This document shows, in pieces, positions 1 to 9,085 of a stretch of DNA of 28,548 nucleotides. Origin of the DNA: Minisyncoccota bacterium (GTDB taxonomy: Bacteria; Patescibacteriota; Minisyncoccia; Phycocordibacterales; PALSA-1337); assembly GCA_041663145.1 (NCBI GenBank), contig JBAZRG010000002.1:158618-187165 (forward strand). The letters are read 5' to 3'. The translations under genes and the position numbers were made by a program. The notes below the pieces were generated by a model. That model saw only the letters and a program-made list of their open reading frames with translations, made no database searches and was not told the origin of the DNA. Position 1 is the stretch's first letter, and the number at the start of each line of letters is the position of its first letter.

Positions 1-8
1 ATCAGAAT

Positions 9-125
9 ATGAAAAGAGTAGTTTTTGTACACAGGTGGTCCGGAGGTCCCAATGATGATTGGAGACCGTGGCTGAGAGATGAACTCGAAAAGAGAGGTTT
101 CGAAGTTTTGTCTACAACCCCCTAA
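9..125 (+). pseudogene. 38-aa N-terminal fragment resembling an alpha/beta serine hydrolase (YdeN/RBBP9-like Ser_hydrolase), closed by an in-frame TAA
   Basis: Translation is MKRVVFVHRWSGGPNDDWRPWLRDELEKRGFEVLSTTP. The pattern VHGW/YGGSPxxxWxPWLKxELEKxGFEV is typical of the N-terminus of this ~190-aa hydrolase family. The ORF stops after 38 codons, in the same frame as and 6 nt before the CYTH gene. Confidence 0.3.
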
Positions 126-131
126 AACTTT

Positions 132-683
132 ATGAGAGAAATCGAAATAAAAATCAAGATTAAGGATAGGAAGACCTTCGAAACATTGGTTAAGAAATTT
201 GAAGAGAAACTTTCTAAACCTATTGAACAACGTGACGTTATATATTCTTACGGAGGAGATCTTTCGATTATGAAAAGTATCACTCCCGGTTCCATCGTCA
301 TACGTATTCGAAGAGAGGGTAAGGTGGCAAGATTTGCCCTGAAACAACAACTCTCACATCGACTGGATAAAACTGAATACGAGACTGAAATAAAAGATCC
401 AGATGCTCTCCACGCATCATTACTCATAATGGGATACAAGCCGGTTGTCGAAGTGGCAAAGACTCGACGCAAAGGAATGTTCGGTCAAGATGAGATCTGT
501 TTTGATGATGTTAAAAGCCTAGGTTACTTTTTTGAGATAGAAAGACTGTCTGATGATGACGCGGATGTTATTGCTGTGACCGATGATCTGTATGAAAAGA
601 TAAAGTCTTTGGGGTTGGATAGGGGAGACGAGGAAAAAAGAGGTTATGATATTCAGATGTATGCGAAACTTTACTCAAAATGA
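132..683 (+). CDS. CYTH domain protein (CyaB/ThTPase-like triphosphate tunnel metalloenzyme)
   Basis: N-terminal MREIEIKIKI is an ExExK signature, followed by alternating charged beta-strand motifs. The 183-aa size is typical for a stand-alone CYTH protein. Confidence 0.7.
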   Translation: MREIEIKIKIKDRKTFETLVKKFEEKLSKPIEQRDVIYSYGGDLSIMKSITPGSIVIRIRREGKVARFALKQQLSHRLDKTEYETEIKDPDALHASLLIMGYKPVVEVAKTRRKGMFGQDEICFDDVKSLGYFFEIERLSDDDADVIAVTDDLYEKIKSLGLDRGDEEKRGYDIQMYAKLYSK

Positions 684-759
684 TGAGTATTGTTAGGCAG
701 TATCTAGTGTTAAAATTCATCTATCTTTATAGATATTATCAATCGTAAAACTAAAATCT

Positions 760-912
760 ATGGAACATAAAAAAGACTGGAGAAGAAATTTGGGATTCTT
801 AGGTTTTCTCGGATTTTTGGGCTTTATGGGTGCTTCGACAAGTCCTTGGAACTATCTGAATTTTCTTTTGTTTTTGTATTTCTTGAATTTCCTGCGACCA
901 AAGAATGAATAA
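760..912 (+). CDS. Hypothetical 50-aa hydrophobic peptide with a GFLGFLGFLGFMG repeat
   Basis: ATG at 760, TAA at 910-912; translation MEHKKDWRRNLGFLGFLGFLGFMGASTSPWNYLNFLLFLYFLNFLRPKNE. It is absent from the ORF track because it is under 60 aa. There is no clear SD, so this may be non-coding. Confidence 0.2.
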   Translation: MEHKKDWRRNLGFLGFLGFLGFMGASTSPWNYLNFLLFLYFLNFLRPKNE

Positions 913-935
913 TGGTTGAGGTTCAGTGAATATAT

Positions 936-974
936 TTTTACAAAAACACCCCTCACGTATCGCTACGCGAGGGG
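936..974 (-). terminator. Rho-independent terminator for purL; could act on either strand
   Basis: GC stem CCCCTCACG(949-957)/CGCGAGGGG(966-974) with one mismatch. On the minus strand it is followed by TGTTTTTGTAAAAA, and it sits directly 3' of the purL stop at 999. Confidence 0.5.
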
Positions 975-998
975 TTGTTGCTTGAGTGTAATCTCAAT

Positions 999-3900
999 TT
1001 AGACTTCTTGTTCCATGCACCATGTTCTGGCGTTCTGAAACATATGAAGCCATGGTGAAGCCCCAAGTCTTTGCCAAGAGGCTGGCATCCATGGCCACTG
1101 CCACAAACGGAAACAACGCTCGGGATGAGGCATCATCGCTAGATGGCGACCATCAAGGGAACAGAGTGCTGTCATTCCACCCGGCGAACCGTTGGGGTTG
1201 TACGGGTATTCTTCCGTACGATTCCCATGTAGATCCAGATAAGCGAGAGGGGATAGTTTGGCCTTGATGACCTTATCTAGAATCGACTGATCTGGATAGA
1301 ATAGCCGACCTTCACCATGAGCAACCCATACGCCAAGTCTCGAACCTTCCATTCCGGAGAGAAGCACCGACGGGCTGGGCAGAATTTCCACCTGAACCCA
1401 TCGAGATTCGAATCTCTTCGAGATGTTGTGAATGAATCGTGGCTGCTTTTCACTTTCAATCATTCTCCATGGAATCCATCCGAGTAGTGCCATGAGTTGA
1501 CAGCCATTGCAGACGCCGAGCGAGAACGTATCTCGACGAGCGTAGAAACGGTCGAACATCTCTCGAAGCTTTGGGTTGAACAAGATCGCTCCTGCCCAGC
1601 CTTTGGCACTGTCGAATACATCCATATAGGAGAAACCTCCGGCGAATATGATGCCTTGGAATTGATCCAAGTTGATCCTGTCTTCGAGGAGATCACTCAT
1701 CGCAACATCCCATGGAGCAAGACCGCCGGCCAAACAAGCAGCCTGCATCTCACGATCTCCATTCGTACCTTCTTCACGGATGACTGCCACTCGTGGCTTG
1801 TCGGCCGCATTTAGGATGTCTGGGGTAGTGTTTTTGGGTTCGAATGAAAGCCTGTAACCGAGATGTCCCAGATCGTTTCGATCGGTGTGGTTGTGGCCAA
1901 AGTATTCAACCTTGGCACATTGGGGATTCATCTGAAGTTTTTCGATCTCATAGCTTGTGGATTCCCACCACGTGCGTAATTGTTCGGTTGAGGTTAAGAA
2001 TGTCTTACCTCCTCCGTGAATCGCACATGTAGTACCTGGAAGCGTGATACCGATTTCGCATATCTCAATTCCGTAGAATGAACATATTTCCCCAATCCTA
2101 CATAGAGCCTCTCTTTCGAATTCCAAGATAAGACCGAGTTCTTCGTTGAAAAGCTCTGCAAGTAGGTCTATGTCCTTTCCAAGAGCCAATCTGAATCCGC
2201 AATAGCTTGCCATGCACATCTCGGCAACTGCGGTTATGAGGCCACCGTCACTTCGGTCGTGCATAGCTAGGATGAGATCTTCACCGATCATTTGTTGGAT
2301 CGCAAGGAATGCATTCTTGAGGAGTTTCGGATCATCAACATCGGGTGTTTCGTCGCCAAGCTGATTGAAGGCTTGAGCAAGAGCTGAACCACCCAAACGA
2401 CATTTGTGGTGCAAGACACCTTGAGTGTCGAGTCTTCCGCTTAGGTCAATCAATCCAAGCATGCTCTCACCTGGCATCTTGATGTCGGGTGTAACTTTCT
2501 TAGTGATATCGGGTACGGGTGCGTAACCGAGTATGACGAGACTTCCTGGAGCCTTAACGAGTTCTCCCTGAACCGTTGCCGCCATAGAAAGGCTATCTTT
2601 GCCTCCGTCAACTGCGATACCAAGTTCGACCATTAGGTCGGACATGGCAACCGCAGCATCGTAGAGGAGAACTCCTTCATGTGGCAGTTTGGCTGGATAC
2701 ATCCAGTTGGCACGACAGCGAATGTCGTTAATGCCACTGACTTTGACACTGGCCATGTTGGTGAGCATTTCTGCTACAGCCAGACGAGCACCAGCCTTTT
2801 CGTCGATGAGCATTTTTATCGGCTGTTCGCCGACCGCACTTACCGCCCCGGTCAGACCGAAGTGGCTTTGCGCGTTAACACTGTTGTCGGCGATCGGGAT
2901 CTGGGCTATACCACAGCATTGCTGCTGTGCTACCAGTCCCGTGACGCTCCGGTCCACCTTATGAACCAGGTAACCTTTCGAACCGACCGAGGGAAGCTTG
3001 AAGACTTTTTCGATAGCTTCTCCTACGGTTATCTCTGGCAGATCCAAGGGTTTGAGCTCCTTGGTCTTCCGTGCTGATTCGAAAGTCTTCTGAGGCATGT
3101 TCGTGAGAACCTGCTCCAGATTGAGGTCAACAGGTGTGTGTCCGTTTGTGGAATCTTCAACGACAACCTTATGATTGCCGGTTATTTCTCCGAGAACTTC
3201 GCAGTTCACTCGTTCCCGCTTGCAGATCGACTGAAAGAGTCCGATCTGTTCAGGTCTGATCAGGAGGCCGTATCCTTCTTGGAATTCAGCACTCCAGATC
3301 TTGAGGACCGACATGGTCTTGTCGCCAAGCACGATCTTCCGGATATTGATAGTTCCGCCGAGCGGCTCCAGTAGTTCCGTAAGAACATTGCTCGGACCGC
3401 CGGCTCCCTGGTCGTGAATGCTCGAGATGGGATTCTTATCTCCCATTTCGATGCAGGCTCGGATAACGCGATTCGCTCGATTTTCCATCTCTGCGTTGCC
3501 ACGTTGGACGGAATTGAAATCGAGCGTATCGGTATTTTGACCCTGCATCATGCTGGAGGCGCTTCCGCCACCGACACCGATAGGGTAGGCAGGTCCGCCG
3601 ATGCGGACGATCTTCATGCCGACTTCCGGCGTCTCTTTTGCGAGATGCTGGTCAAACAAATGACCAATACCACCGCTGTAGAGAATAGGCTTGCGTGGCT
3701 CGCGCCATTCACCATCGACGATCTGACCGAAGGTTCGACAGAATCCCAGTGTGAGTGGTTCGCCGAATTGATTGCCATAACTCGATACGCCGTTGCTACC
3801 CTCGATGAGGATCGAAAGCGGCGAAGCATACTTGGAAGGCTTATCACGGCCGACTACCTCTTCCGGTATTTCATAACCCTGAATGAAGAGATTGCCGACG

Positions 3901-4856
3901 AAGTAGCCCGCGACGCCGATACCGGTCCAACCACCACGGCCGACCGCCGTGTTGTCGCGGATCCGACCTCCGGAGCCTGTTTGGGCACCGGGGAACGGGG
4001 CGACGAATGTCGGATGATTATGAGTCTCTGCGGTCGCGGTGATGTGAACCACTCTGTCGCAAATTCTCATTTCAGAAGGTTCGCCTGGCGCAAGTGGCAG
4101 GATCAGACTAGTTCTGTATCCCTGGACAGCGCCGGCATTGTCCCTGAAGGCGATGAGGCCGACTCGGTCCATCTCCTCGAGGCAAATAAGCGGATGCTGG
4201 ACGATCTCCATTAGTGTGCGTTTCATCGGCACGCCGTCGATGACGATCTGACCTTTGAAGTACCAGTGACGGCTATGCTCGCTGTTGGCGTTGCCGAGCT
4301 GAAAGAGCTCGACATCAGTCGGGTTCCTTTTGAGGATCTCCGCAAAAAGGTGATAATAATATTCGATGTCCTTAGCATCCATGCCAAGGCCTAGAGTAGA
4401 GTTCATTTCCTCGAGAGCTATTCTTCCACGACCCATGAGGTCAATGGTTCTGACTTCTTCTGGTGTCTCCCCAGTGTTAAAGGATTTGATTCCTTCTCGC
4501 AAACGTTGCTCGGTCATGCGATCAAGGTGAGCCTTGAGGATTGTATCACTTGATTGTCCGTCGCCCATCAAATAACGATGGGTACGTTCGATACGCGTGA
4601 TTTGCCGTAAATCCATTGAGTGACATATCGAGACAGCATTCGAAGAGAACGGAGTCTCGATCGAAAGCCGAGGCCCGATCTCGACAATTTCTCTTGTTCG
4701 GAAATGTGGTTCAAATCCGGTTTTATTCGGTTCGAAAGTTTCTGCGATGAGCCATTGAAGTTGACTAATATCCTGAGTCGACAGTTGGCCTGTGGTTTCA
4801 ACGTAGAAACCAAGTTCCAGGCCACTGCTGATCCGACGATATATGCTATAGATCAT
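999..4856 (-). CDS. purL: Phosphoribosylformylglycinamidine (FGAM) synthase, large single-chain type
   Basis: 1285 aa. It has the N-terminal PurL linker domain, duplicated AIR-synthase-related (PurM-like) domains and a C-terminal class I glutamine amidotransferase with the GVCNGCQLM nucleophile motif. AGGAGA SD lies upstream of the ATG at 4856. Confidence 0.95.
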   Translation of the reverse strand: MIYSIYRRISSGLELGFYVETTGQLSTQDISQLQWLIAETFEPNKTGFEPHFRTREIVEIGPRLSIETPFSSNAVSICHSMDLRQITRIERTHRYLMGDGQSSDTILKAHLDRMTEQRLREGIKSFNTGETPEEVRTIDLMGRGRIALEEMNSTLGLGMDAKDIEYYYHLFAEILKRNPTDVELFQLGNANSEHSRHWYFKGQIVIDGVPMKRTLMEIVQHPLICLEEMDRVGLIAFRDNAGAVQGYRTSLILPLAPGEPSEMRICDRVVHITATAETHNHPTFVAPFPGAQTGSGGRIRDNTAVGRGGWTGIGVAGYFVGNLFIQGYEIPEEVVGRDKPSKYASPLSILIEGSNGVSSYGNQFGEPLTLGFCRTFGQIVDGEWREPRKPILYSGGIGHLFDQHLAKETPEVGMKIVRIGGPAYPIGVGGGSASSMMQGQNTDTLDFNSVQRGNAEMENRANRVIRACIEMGDKNPISSIHDQGAGGPSNVLTELLEPLGGTINIRKIVLGDKTMSVLKIWSAEFQEGYGLLIRPEQIGLFQSICKRERVNCEVLGEITGNHKVVVEDSTNGHTPVDLNLEQVLTNMPQKTFESARKTKELKPLDLPEITVGEAIEKVFKLPSVGSKGYLVHKVDRSVTGLVAQQQCCGIAQIPIADNSVNAQSHFGLTGAVSAVGEQPIKMLIDEKAGARLAVAEMLTNMASVKVSGINDIRCRANWMYPAKLPHEGVLLYDAAVAMSDLMVELGIAVDGGKDSLSMAATVQGELVKAPGSLVILGYAPVPDITKKVTPDIKMPGESMLGLIDLSGRLDTQGVLHHKCRLGGSALAQAFNQLGDETPDVDDPKLLKNAFLAIQQMIGEDLILAMHDRSDGGLITAVAEMCMASYCGFRLALGKDIDLLAELFNEELGLILEFEREALCRIGEICSFYGIEICEIGITLPGTTCAIHGGGKTFLTSTEQLRTWWESTSYEIEKLQMNPQCAKVEYFGHNHTDRNDLGHLGYRLSFEPKNTTPDILNAADKPRVAVIREEGTNGDREMQAACLAGGLAPWDVAMSDLLEDRINLDQFQGIIFAGGFSYMDVFDSAKGWAGAILFNPKLREMFDRFYARRDTFSLGVCNGCQLMALLGWIPWRMIESEKQPRFIHNISKRFESRWVQVEILPSPSVLLSGMEGSRLGVWVAHGEGRLFYPDQSILDKVIKAKLSPLAYLDLHGNRTEEYPYNPNGSPGGMTALCSLDGRHLAMMPHPERCFRLWQWPWMPASWQRLGASPWLHMFQNARTWCMEQEV

Positions 4857-5078
4857 AGGTTTCTCCTATTGTTTCCATTGTTTGTGGTTTTCAAAAGACA
4901 AAAGCATACAAAGTGCTTTTCCGGATTGAATATTACGCATAAATCGTCTTATTGCAAGAAAAAATATTGGAAGTCAATTGCCACATGCTGGTCTGACATA
5001 AATCTTTACAAGTGATATGTTGATTTTGGAATTGATCCGCAGAATATTTGTGGAACAACTAAAGAGAAAGGCATATTT

Positions 5079-5411
5079 ATGGGTAGGAAAGTCCCGAGTT
5101 TTTATGGTCCGCATGTGAGACGGATATCTCTCAGGAAGTCAAAATATGGACATCGGACCAGCGTAAACAAATATGCGCATCTGGTGCCCAAGAGAGATAA
5201 TGGATACGATCCATATGACAAGACATTTCGTGATCTTCCGATCATTGGGATGTTGAATGAGACGATCGAAGCAGGGTTACGTGTAACCTTTCATGATCGC
5301 CTCTACGCACTGATTGCAGATACAACTATTCCACCAACCGCACCTCATGCAATCGGAGTTCCAAATAAATTTCAAGGCATTGGTAGATTCAAACTCGTTA
5401 CCTATTTGTGA
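5079..5411 (+). CDS. Hypothetical protein, 110 aa
   Basis: ORF with AAAGAGAAAGG upstream. It has no recognisable motif and is GC-richer than its neighbours. Confidence 0.45.
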   Translation: MGRKVPSFYGPHVRRISLRKSKYGHRTSVNKYAHLVPKRDNGYDPYDKTFRDLPIIGMLNETIEAGLRVTFHDRLYALIADTTIPPTAPHAIGVPNKFQGIGRFKLVTYL

Positions 5412-5426
5412 TAATACTTGATCGTG

Positions 5427-5454
5427 AACGCGTATCCTAAAGGGTCGCGTTTTT
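5427..5454 (+). terminator. Weak hairpin plus T-tract after ORF 5079-5411
   Basis: AACGCG(5427-5432) ... CGCGTT(5446-5451) followed by TTTT. The stem is only 6 bp. Confidence 0.3.
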
Positions 5455-5467
5455 ATTATGATCAAAT

Positions 5468-5628
5468 ATGAATAGAGAGCTCGGCAAACATCGTTCTCAC
5501 ACAACACACAAGGTCACCCACTCCAAATTGCAACCGTATTAGAGCAGATGGAACTACTCTAATACGGGCAATTTGTTCGGGGTTCAAATCACATTGTGTG
5601 TTGTGTGAGAACAATGTTCACCGAGCTT
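5468..5628 (+). repeat. Long hairpin element, copy A, about 160 nt: semi-conserved outer stem, copy-specific inner stem, conserved 87-nt core
   Basis: GAGCTCGG...CCGAGCTT termini; inner arms TCACACAACACACA / TGTGTGTTGTGTGA; core AGGTCACCCACTCCAAATTGCAACCGTATTAGAGCAGATGGAACTACTCTAATACGGGCAATTTGTTCGGGGTTCAAATCACAT. The core matches copy B at 12336-12487 with 1 mismatch and contains an 11-bp internal hairpin CCGTATTAGAG/CTCTAATACGG. Confidence 0.75.
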
Positions 5629-5719
5629 GAACAGAGCCTTGTTTATAATGACTATTAGATTTACAATTATTTTGAATATATTCCATTGATCAATACAGCA
5701 ATCTTATCCAGATAATTTT

Positions 5720-6181
5720 ATGAGAACCATCAACAGAGAGATCGTATCGGCACACGTTTACTCAAGCGACGGTAAATTACTCATGGCAAGAAACAACAAT
5801 CCTGTCTCCGGTGTAGTGTATGGCGATTGTTGGAAGATACCTGGTGGTGGAGTGGAACAGGGAGAGACACAATTACAGACTCTTATTCGAGAGGTAAAAG
5901 AGGAGGTGGGTATCGATATAGCCAAATTTCCAGCTGAATTGGTGGGCGGCATCATGACAGGTGAATCGGAGAAAACACTTCGTGAAACCGGAGAGCGAGT
6001 ACTGGCTAAGATGAGATTCTTTACTTACAAAGTAATTTTAGACAAACCCGTCGCGCAAGTATCGGTGACTCTAGAGCTACATGAATTCAATGAATATAAA
6101 TGGGTCGATCTGTCAGAGTTGAAAACACTTAAACTTAGCCCGCCATCTATTGAGTTGTTTACTAAATTGGGTTTTATATAA
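5720..6181 (+). CDS. Nudix hydrolase
   Basis: Nudix box GGGVEQGETQLQTLIREVKEEVGI (Gx5Ex7REUxEExGU). Confidence 0.8.
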   Translation: MRTINREIVSAHVYSSDGKLLMARNNNPVSGVVYGDCWKIPGGGVEQGETQLQTLIREVKEEVGIDIAKFPAELVGGIMTGESEKTLRETGERVLAKMRFFTYKVILDKPVAQVSVTLELHEFNEYKWVDLSELKTLKLSPPSIELFTKLGFI

Positions 6182-6376
6182 AAGGAGATATGTTATTTTT
6201 AGGAAGAATAATACGTCTAGGTGTTTCCTTATTAGTATGGTAATATACTCATGTAAGTAAAGGGCTTTATTACTAGCGTTTGATGTCTTTTCTAAAGTAT
6301 GTACAATGATACGTCTCAAGCTCACAGTGCATTTTCAGGGTCGTATGACTGAACGCAATATTGATAAACTACATTC

Positions 6377-6613
6377 ATGAAATTCAATTACGATACAATA
6401 GCAGACGCAGCGTATCTAAATGTCGGCGAAGGCAAAGTGGCAAAAACTGTAGAAATGAAAAATGGTGTTGTTGTTGATCTGAATGAAAAAGGGAACATTT
6501 TAGGCATTGAAATTCTTAATTTTTCCGCACAACAGAGCATATCGAAACTTCAAGAGTCAGTGAAAGAGGGAATGCCAATCCAAATAACTTCAGGTACTCC
6601 GGTAACAGCATAA
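6377..6613 (+). CDS. DUF2283 family small protein (YuzE-like)
   Basis: MKFNYDTIADAAYLNVGEGKVAKTVEMKNGVVVDLNEKGNILGIEIL is the typical DUF2283 pattern (KxxYDxxADALYI...G.IxGIEIL). There is no adjacent DUF4258 partner. Confidence 0.6.
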   Translation: MKFNYDTIADAAYLNVGEGKVAKTVEMKNGVVVDLNEKGNILGIEILNFSAQQSISKLQESVKEGMPIQITSGTPVTA

Positions 6614-6648
6614 TCGATAAATGTGGAGTCGGCGGTATACTATAAAAC

Positions 6649-7155
6649 ATGCCAACCTATCCAGCTAAAACCGCCGATAATAAGTGCATATTCTGTGAAA
6701 TCGGATCTGGGAGAATGGAGACCACTTCTTTTTGGGAAGATGCGGAGTTCATGGCTTTTCTATCCATCGATCCCAATACAGATGGATTCTCCTGCGTGAT
6801 TCCGAAAGAACATTTTGGAAGCGATGTATTGAAGATGCCTGATGATGCCCTGCAAAGATTCATCATAGCCAGCAAGAGAGTAGCCAAGATTCTCGAGGAT
6901 TATTATGAAGATGTCGGACGAGTCGGTCTCGTCATGGAGGGTACCGGCATCGATCATGCGCATGTGAAGCTCGTACCGATGCACGATACTCAAGACCTCA
7001 AAAATGGAGGATGGAGGCAGTTTCTCTCAGGCAAGGAACACTGGTTTCCAAAATATGAGGGTTGGATATCTTCGGCTAGTGGACCGAAAGCCGATCCTCA
7101 AAAACTGGAAGAGCTCGCTTCAAAAATCAAGGAATCTCAGAATAAGAAAAGTTAA
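6649..7155 (+). CDS. HIT-family-like protein with a variant histidine triad
   Basis: N-terminal CIFCEI and AFLSIDPNTDGFSCVIPKEH follow the HIT fold pattern. The triad region reads IDHAHVKLVP, i.e. HxHxK rather than HxHxH. There is a ~50-aa C-terminal extension. Confidence 0.6.
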   Translation: MPTYPAKTADNKCIFCEIGSGRMETTSFWEDAEFMAFLSIDPNTDGFSCVIPKEHFGSDVLKMPDDALQRFIIASKRVAKILEDYYEDVGRVGLVMEGTGIDHAHVKLVPMHDTQDLKNGGWRQFLSGKEHWFPKYEGWISSASGPKADPQKLEELASKIKESQNKKS

Positions 7156-7239
7156 TGTTTCTTTGCGCGTGTCCTTGTGTTGATTATGTTCATAAAAATG
7201 ATAGCATAGGTATAAATAATCAACTGATTTACAACATTT

Positions 7240-8421
7240 ATGAACATTAATACCGAGCAAAATAAAATTGACGAGCTATTGACTCGTGGAGTCGAAGAAG
7301 TGATCGAAAAAGATCATCTAGAAAAACAATTGAAAAGCGGAAAATGTCTGCGCGTGAAGCTCGGCATAGATCCGACTAGTCCAAATGTTCATATTGGTCG
7401 TGCTGTACCACTATTGAAGCTTCGAGATTTTCAAGAATTGGGACACAAGATCGTTTTCATCATAGGCGACTTTACCGGTGTGATCGGCGATACTTCTGAC
7501 AAAGACAGTGAAAGACCGATGTTATCCGAAGATATCGTAAAGGAAAATCTCAAGAGTTATATCGAACAGGTCAAGAAGATTATCGATATTGATAAATGCG
7601 AAGTTCACTACAATAGCGAATGGCTGGCAAAACTAGGTTATGGTGAGATCGGCAGACAGGCCGATGCTTTCTCACTCAATGAATTTATTTCCAGAGAAAA
7701 TATCAATAAAAGATTGGAGGGAGGTAAAAGAATATCTTTGCGTGAGCTCCTATATCCACTCATGCAAGGATATGATTCGGTTGCTATCAAAGCCGATGTT
7801 GAGATCGGCGGTACGGATCAGCGTTTCAATCTCTTGGCCGGCCGTGAACTGCAACGCAGTTACAAACAGGAACCGCAGGACATCATCACCAATCCACTCA
7901 TCGAAGGTTTGGATGGTAGGAAGATGAGCTCGAGTTGGGGTAATTCGATAAATCTTTTCGATTCGCCAGACGATATGTTCGGTAAGGTTATGTCGCTCAA
8001 GGACGAGTTTATTATAAAATACTTCATTTTGACGACTAGAGTCAGCATGTCCGAGATTGCGAAGTATGAAAAAGAATTGGCTGACGGAAACAATCCCAAG
8101 GATTACAAGATGAAACTGGCTTTTGAGATCGTCCAGTTCTACCATTCACTGGAGGAAGCGGAAAAAGCCAAGGAATATTTCATAAATACATTTAGCAAAA
8201 AAGAAACTCCGGAGGTTATGCCGGAGATCAAACCGAGCAATTACGATATTATAACCGTCATGGTCGAATCGGGTTTTTCTCCTAGCAAGTCCGAGGCGCG
8301 ACGTCTGGTAGAGCAGGGAGGAGTAAAAGTCAATGAAGCAGTCATGGTTGATCCGAAGAAGATCATTGAGAAGAATGATGTCCTTCAGAAAGGAAAGAGG
8401 TTTTTTCTGAAAGTTATCTGA
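7240..8421 (+). CDS. tyrS: Tyrosyl-tRNA synthetase
   Basis: Class I HIGH-like motif (PNVHIGRAV), KMSSS (KMSKS), a GxDxxxxH connective region and a C-terminal S4 RNA-binding domain (SKSEARRLVEQGGVKVN). Confidence 0.85.
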   Translation: MNINTEQNKIDELLTRGVEEVIEKDHLEKQLKSGKCLRVKLGIDPTSPNVHIGRAVPLLKLRDFQELGHKIVFIIGDFTGVIGDTSDKDSERPMLSEDIVKENLKSYIEQVKKIIDIDKCEVHYNSEWLAKLGYGEIGRQADAFSLNEFISRENINKRLEGGKRISLRELLYPLMQGYDSVAIKADVEIGGTDQRFNLLAGRELQRSYKQEPQDIITNPLIEGLDGRKMSSSWGNSINLFDSPDDMFGKVMSLKDEFIIKYFILTTRVSMSEIAKYEKELADGNNPKDYKMKLAFEIVQFYHSLEEAEKAKEYFINTFSKKETPEVMPEIKPSNYDIITVMVESGFSPSKSEARRLVEQGGVKVNEAVMVDPKKIIEKNDVLQKGKRFFLKVI

Positions 8422-8530
8422 TGAACAATTGTGATGTTAGTATTAGAGAGATGGGCATATCAATAGAGCACACAACGGAGATTGTCAAAAAATTTAGTAA
8501 ATTAAATTATTAGTTAACAGCAATAAATAA

Positions 8531-9085
8531 ATGAAAAAAACTTTAATAATCATTGGTGTAATATTGTTAGTTGTGGTTTTGTATCTATTCGCAGCTTATA
8601 ACGGTCTCGTTGGACTAGATGAAAAAGTCACCGGACAATGGGCTCAAGTCGAATCTCAATATCAGCGACGCTTCGATCTCATTCCCAATCTCGTAGAATC
8701 TGTAAAGGGGATAATGAATCAAGAACAGGAAGTGTTCGGTGCCATAGCTGATGCTCGTGCAAACTATGCCGGTGCCAAAACAGTTGATGAAAAAGCTCAA
8801 GCGGCAGGTCAGGTCGAAAGTGCTCTCGGAAGATTGCTCGTCATCACGGAGAATTATCCAGCATTACAGTCGTCGGCAACCGTTCAGAATCTGATGACTC
8901 AGATCGAAGGTACTGAAAACCGCATTTCAACCGAAAGAAAGCGTTATAACGACACGGTTCAAATATACAATGTGAGGATAAAGAGATTTCCAGGATCGAT
9001 AGTCGCTTCAATGTTCAGTTTTGGTGAACGTTCATACTTCGAATCGGTAGAAGGTTCGGAGCTCGCACCTCAGGTCCAATTCTAA
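8531..9085 (+). CDS. lemA: LemA family protein
   Basis: N-terminal TM helix followed by the LemA signature (AAYNGLVGLDEKVTGQWAQVESQYQRRFDLIPNLV...NYPALQSSATVQNLMTQIEGTENRISTERKRYNDTVQIYN). Confidence 0.85.
   Translation: MKKTLIIIGVILLVVVLYLFAAYNGLVGLDEKVTGQWAQVESQYQRRFDLIPNLVESVKGIMNQEQEVFGAIADARANYAGAKTVDEKAQAAGQVESALGRLLVITENYPALQSSATVQNLMTQIEGTENRISTERKRYNDTVQIYNVRIKRFPGSIVASMFSFGERSYFESVEGSELAPQVQF

Noticed and set aside
1022-4214. Multiple + strand ORFs inside purL, for example 3414-4214 (266 aa), 2679-3077, 2689-2964 and 1497-1814
   Set aside because: They are antisense to a very high-confidence 1285-aa PurL. Long antisense ORFs are expected by chance in a long gene, and they carry no motifs.
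4857-5078. Possible purine riboswitch in the purL 5' UTR (minus strand)
   Set aside because: The reverse complement lacks the conserved purine-aptamer P1/J2-3 elements (UAUA...CGUAUAAUCGCG...CUAC-type). Only a small generic hairpin is present.
5560-5600. tRNA-like T-arm string GGGGTTCAAATC inside the A/B repeat core
   Set aside because: There is no acceptor stem, D-arm or anticodon arm that would complete a cloverleaf, so this is not a tRNA gene. No convincing tRNA was found in the window.
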